This document shows, one piece after another, positions 61,678 to 64,000 of a stretch of DNA of 64,000 nucleotides. The notes under the pieces are model-generated. The model worked only from the letters and a program-made list of their open reading frames with translations. It searched no databases and was not told the DNA's origin. This stretch comes from Eledone cirrhosa (lineage: Eukaryota), in NCBI GenBank assembly GCA_964016885.1, contig OZ024743.1:215636001-215700000 (forward strand). Direction: 5' to 3'. Numbering within the stretch: position 1 is the first letter of the stretch; the number at the start of each line of letters is the position of its first letter. Made by a program: the position numbers and the translations under genes.

Positions 61678-61903
61678 TTGAGGTTGGTAATGGCACATGG
61701 AGTATACAAGAGACAGAATACTTTTTTGTGAAAAAACATAATTTTATAAGGTAAGGAAATAATAAAGGGTATAAAAAATGACCGGTTTCGATGGGTCTGC
61801 AAAATCCATATTTTCAAATGTTGATTAATATTAAGAAAAATTAATAATACGAAGAGTTAAAACTTGAGATTTGAAAATTCAAGTATAAAATTCAAGTATA
61901 AAA

Positions 61904-61982
<79 letters not shown>

Positions 61983-61998
61983 GATATATATATATATG

Positions 61999-62088
<90 letters not shown>

Positions 62089-62099
62089 CCTCCCCACAT

Positions 62100-62166
<67 letters not shown>

Positions 62167-62186
62167 ATTATATATATATATATATG

Positions 62187-63935
62187 TATAAATAAAGAAA
62201 AAATGATGAAATCGAAAATGCAACTGGTTTCTTATTTAAAACAAATATATATATATTTATTTTGTTCCTTTACTGGTTTCGCAGTTCTTCTGCTTTTACA
62301 TAGGACAAACTAAACTCACACTCAGGAACAGAATGACAGTTCATCACCAACAATTACGAGATCTAACCACGAGACAGATACCACTATGCGCACATCTAGA
62401 CATATGCCGAAGTAATAAGACACCCAAATTCCAGGTCTTCCCATTTTACCTTTGCGCAGACAATACAACAGAATAAATAAAGAAAATATGTTTATTCAAA
62501 AATATAGACCATCATTAAATATGGTTTAATATACATTATGTCAACACCATAACATGCTAACCATCCACACAGAGACATACACACACACATAACACCTTCT
62601 ACTTTAGAAAATGAAAACCCGAACTAATTAAACCTTAACATAGGTTTGCTCTGATAATACAACTGAACAAATACGAATAAAATAGGAAAATATGTTCATT
62701 CAAAAATATGTCTACTAACGGAATCATTTTCCTACATATACACACACTCACACACAAAATATATATTCTCTTCATCTTAACATGCTAACCATACTCCCCC
62801 ACACACACACATAACACCCCCCACAAACACACAACACTCTCCCCCATTTCGACTAATAGAATCACTGTCCTACACACATACACACACACACACTCTATAT
62901 ATATTATCTCCATCTTAACATACTCCCACACACACACACACATTACACCCATATACAAACACACACAACTCCCTCCCCATTTCTACTAATAGAATCATCT
63001 TCCTATACACACACACAAGCACACAAATAAGCATACTATATTTCTACTCTCTTTATTTCAATAGAAAGTCTGAATTCGGACACCCCAGCAAACCAGCCAT
63101 ATTCACTGAACCAGAACAATTCTCCCATACCATTTCTCTTGACCATTATCTTTTGTCGGACGCCATGCTTTGCAGCACAGTTACGTCCATTTACGGACTG
63201 AGTTAAAATCCCGCCGAGGTTAATTTTGCCTTTCAAGCTTACGTGGTCGATAAAATGAAGTACCAGTAATACTCTGGAATAATTGCTGGCCTTGTGCCAA
63301 AATTAGAAACAATTATCTTTTGTTTGTCATACAATTTTCTAAAATGCTACAAAATAAATTTCCAAATACGAGCGTGAAATTTAATGAACTTGTTCATGTG
63401 ACAATCATAATTTCATGTATAACCAATCAAATTACATTTATTAAAAAAATCCTTCGTGGGCCACTTTTTTTAAAGTAAAAACAAATTCAAACAAACTGAC
63501 GCGAAAGCTGATGTGCTTATTCACGTCATTGCATCAACCGACCAAACTTCACTTATATATGAAAAAACAACCTGAGCACACCCCTCCCTTATTTGAAGAA
63601 CTTTGTAATGCGAACTGGCGCGAAATTTATTATACTTATTGACCAACCAATCAAATTACTTGTCTAAAAACCTGGCGTTTCGAGCCACTTTTCTCCATAT
63701 AAAACAAGTAACATACAAAGACCAACCACATGTGAGAAAAACCACAGACCGTCCAACTCAACTTTACTTGTGAAAAGCAGAAGAACGGCGAAACCGGTAA
63801 AGGAACCAAAGAAATATATGTTTTTAAAAATAAGACTCCAGTTGCATGTTCAATTTCATCTTTTTTTCCTTATACTTTCACTCGTGTAGGACACCTCGGT
63901 TATTTTTCATTTTGTAAAAAACCTCACTTTCTAAT
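62187..63935 (+). mobile_element. 5'-truncated Penelope-like element with inverted pLTR segment
   Basis: 62297 onward encodes [19 protein letters not shown]...KENMFIQKYRPSLNMV* (GIY-YIG C-terminal half); 62190-62300 is an inverted copy of 63770-63875. Confidence 0.8.
63150..63317 (+). mobile_element. tRNA-derived SINE inserted in the Penelope-like element
   Basis: gagttaaaatcccgccgaggt..ttttgcctttc..gtcgataaaatgaagtaccagt..ggccttgtgccaaaattagaaacaattat. Confidence 0.8.
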
Positions 63936-64000
63936 ATATATATATATATATATGAAGAAGAAGTTTCTGAAATGGAAATGCGGGTATAAATAATATATTA

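Noticed and set aside
61778-61820. Minus-strand relic ttgaaaa-atgg..ccat-c-GAAA-ccgg-TC
   Set aside because: Two core changes and a weak stem I; likely a dead pLTR hammerhead.

Overview
AT-rich, microsatellite-saturated eukaryotic DNA. The repeat landscape suggests an animal, probably an octopus or other cephalopod (inference). I found no convincing host protein-coding gene; nearly all long ORFs belong to retroelements or are microsatellite artefacts. Four layers stand out. (1) A ~25 kb stack (10.6-35.4 kb) and a second stack (51.4-60.3 kb) of non-LTR retrotransposons sit in (AAT)n repeats. Several Tx1/L1-clade families, including one near-intact copy at 18.15-24.17 kb, always read into (ATT)n, while two R4/Dong-like RLE families always read into (AAT)n, giving opposite polarity. 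(2) tRNA-derived SINEs whose 3' tail resembles the Tx1 3' end. (3) Penelope-like (RT/GIY-YIG) remnants. (4) The most notable signal, invisible in the ORF track: about 16 type I hammerhead ribozyme motifs from several sequence families in short non-coding elements, mostly within (TA)n tracts. These include a ~700-bp tandem array whose hammerheads have a 49-nt extended stem II and compensatory stem I changes (retrozyme-like; circular RNA is a prediction), fold-back palindromes with two back-to-back hammerheads, and a dispersed partial-tandem family. All folds were made by eye and none is tested for activity.
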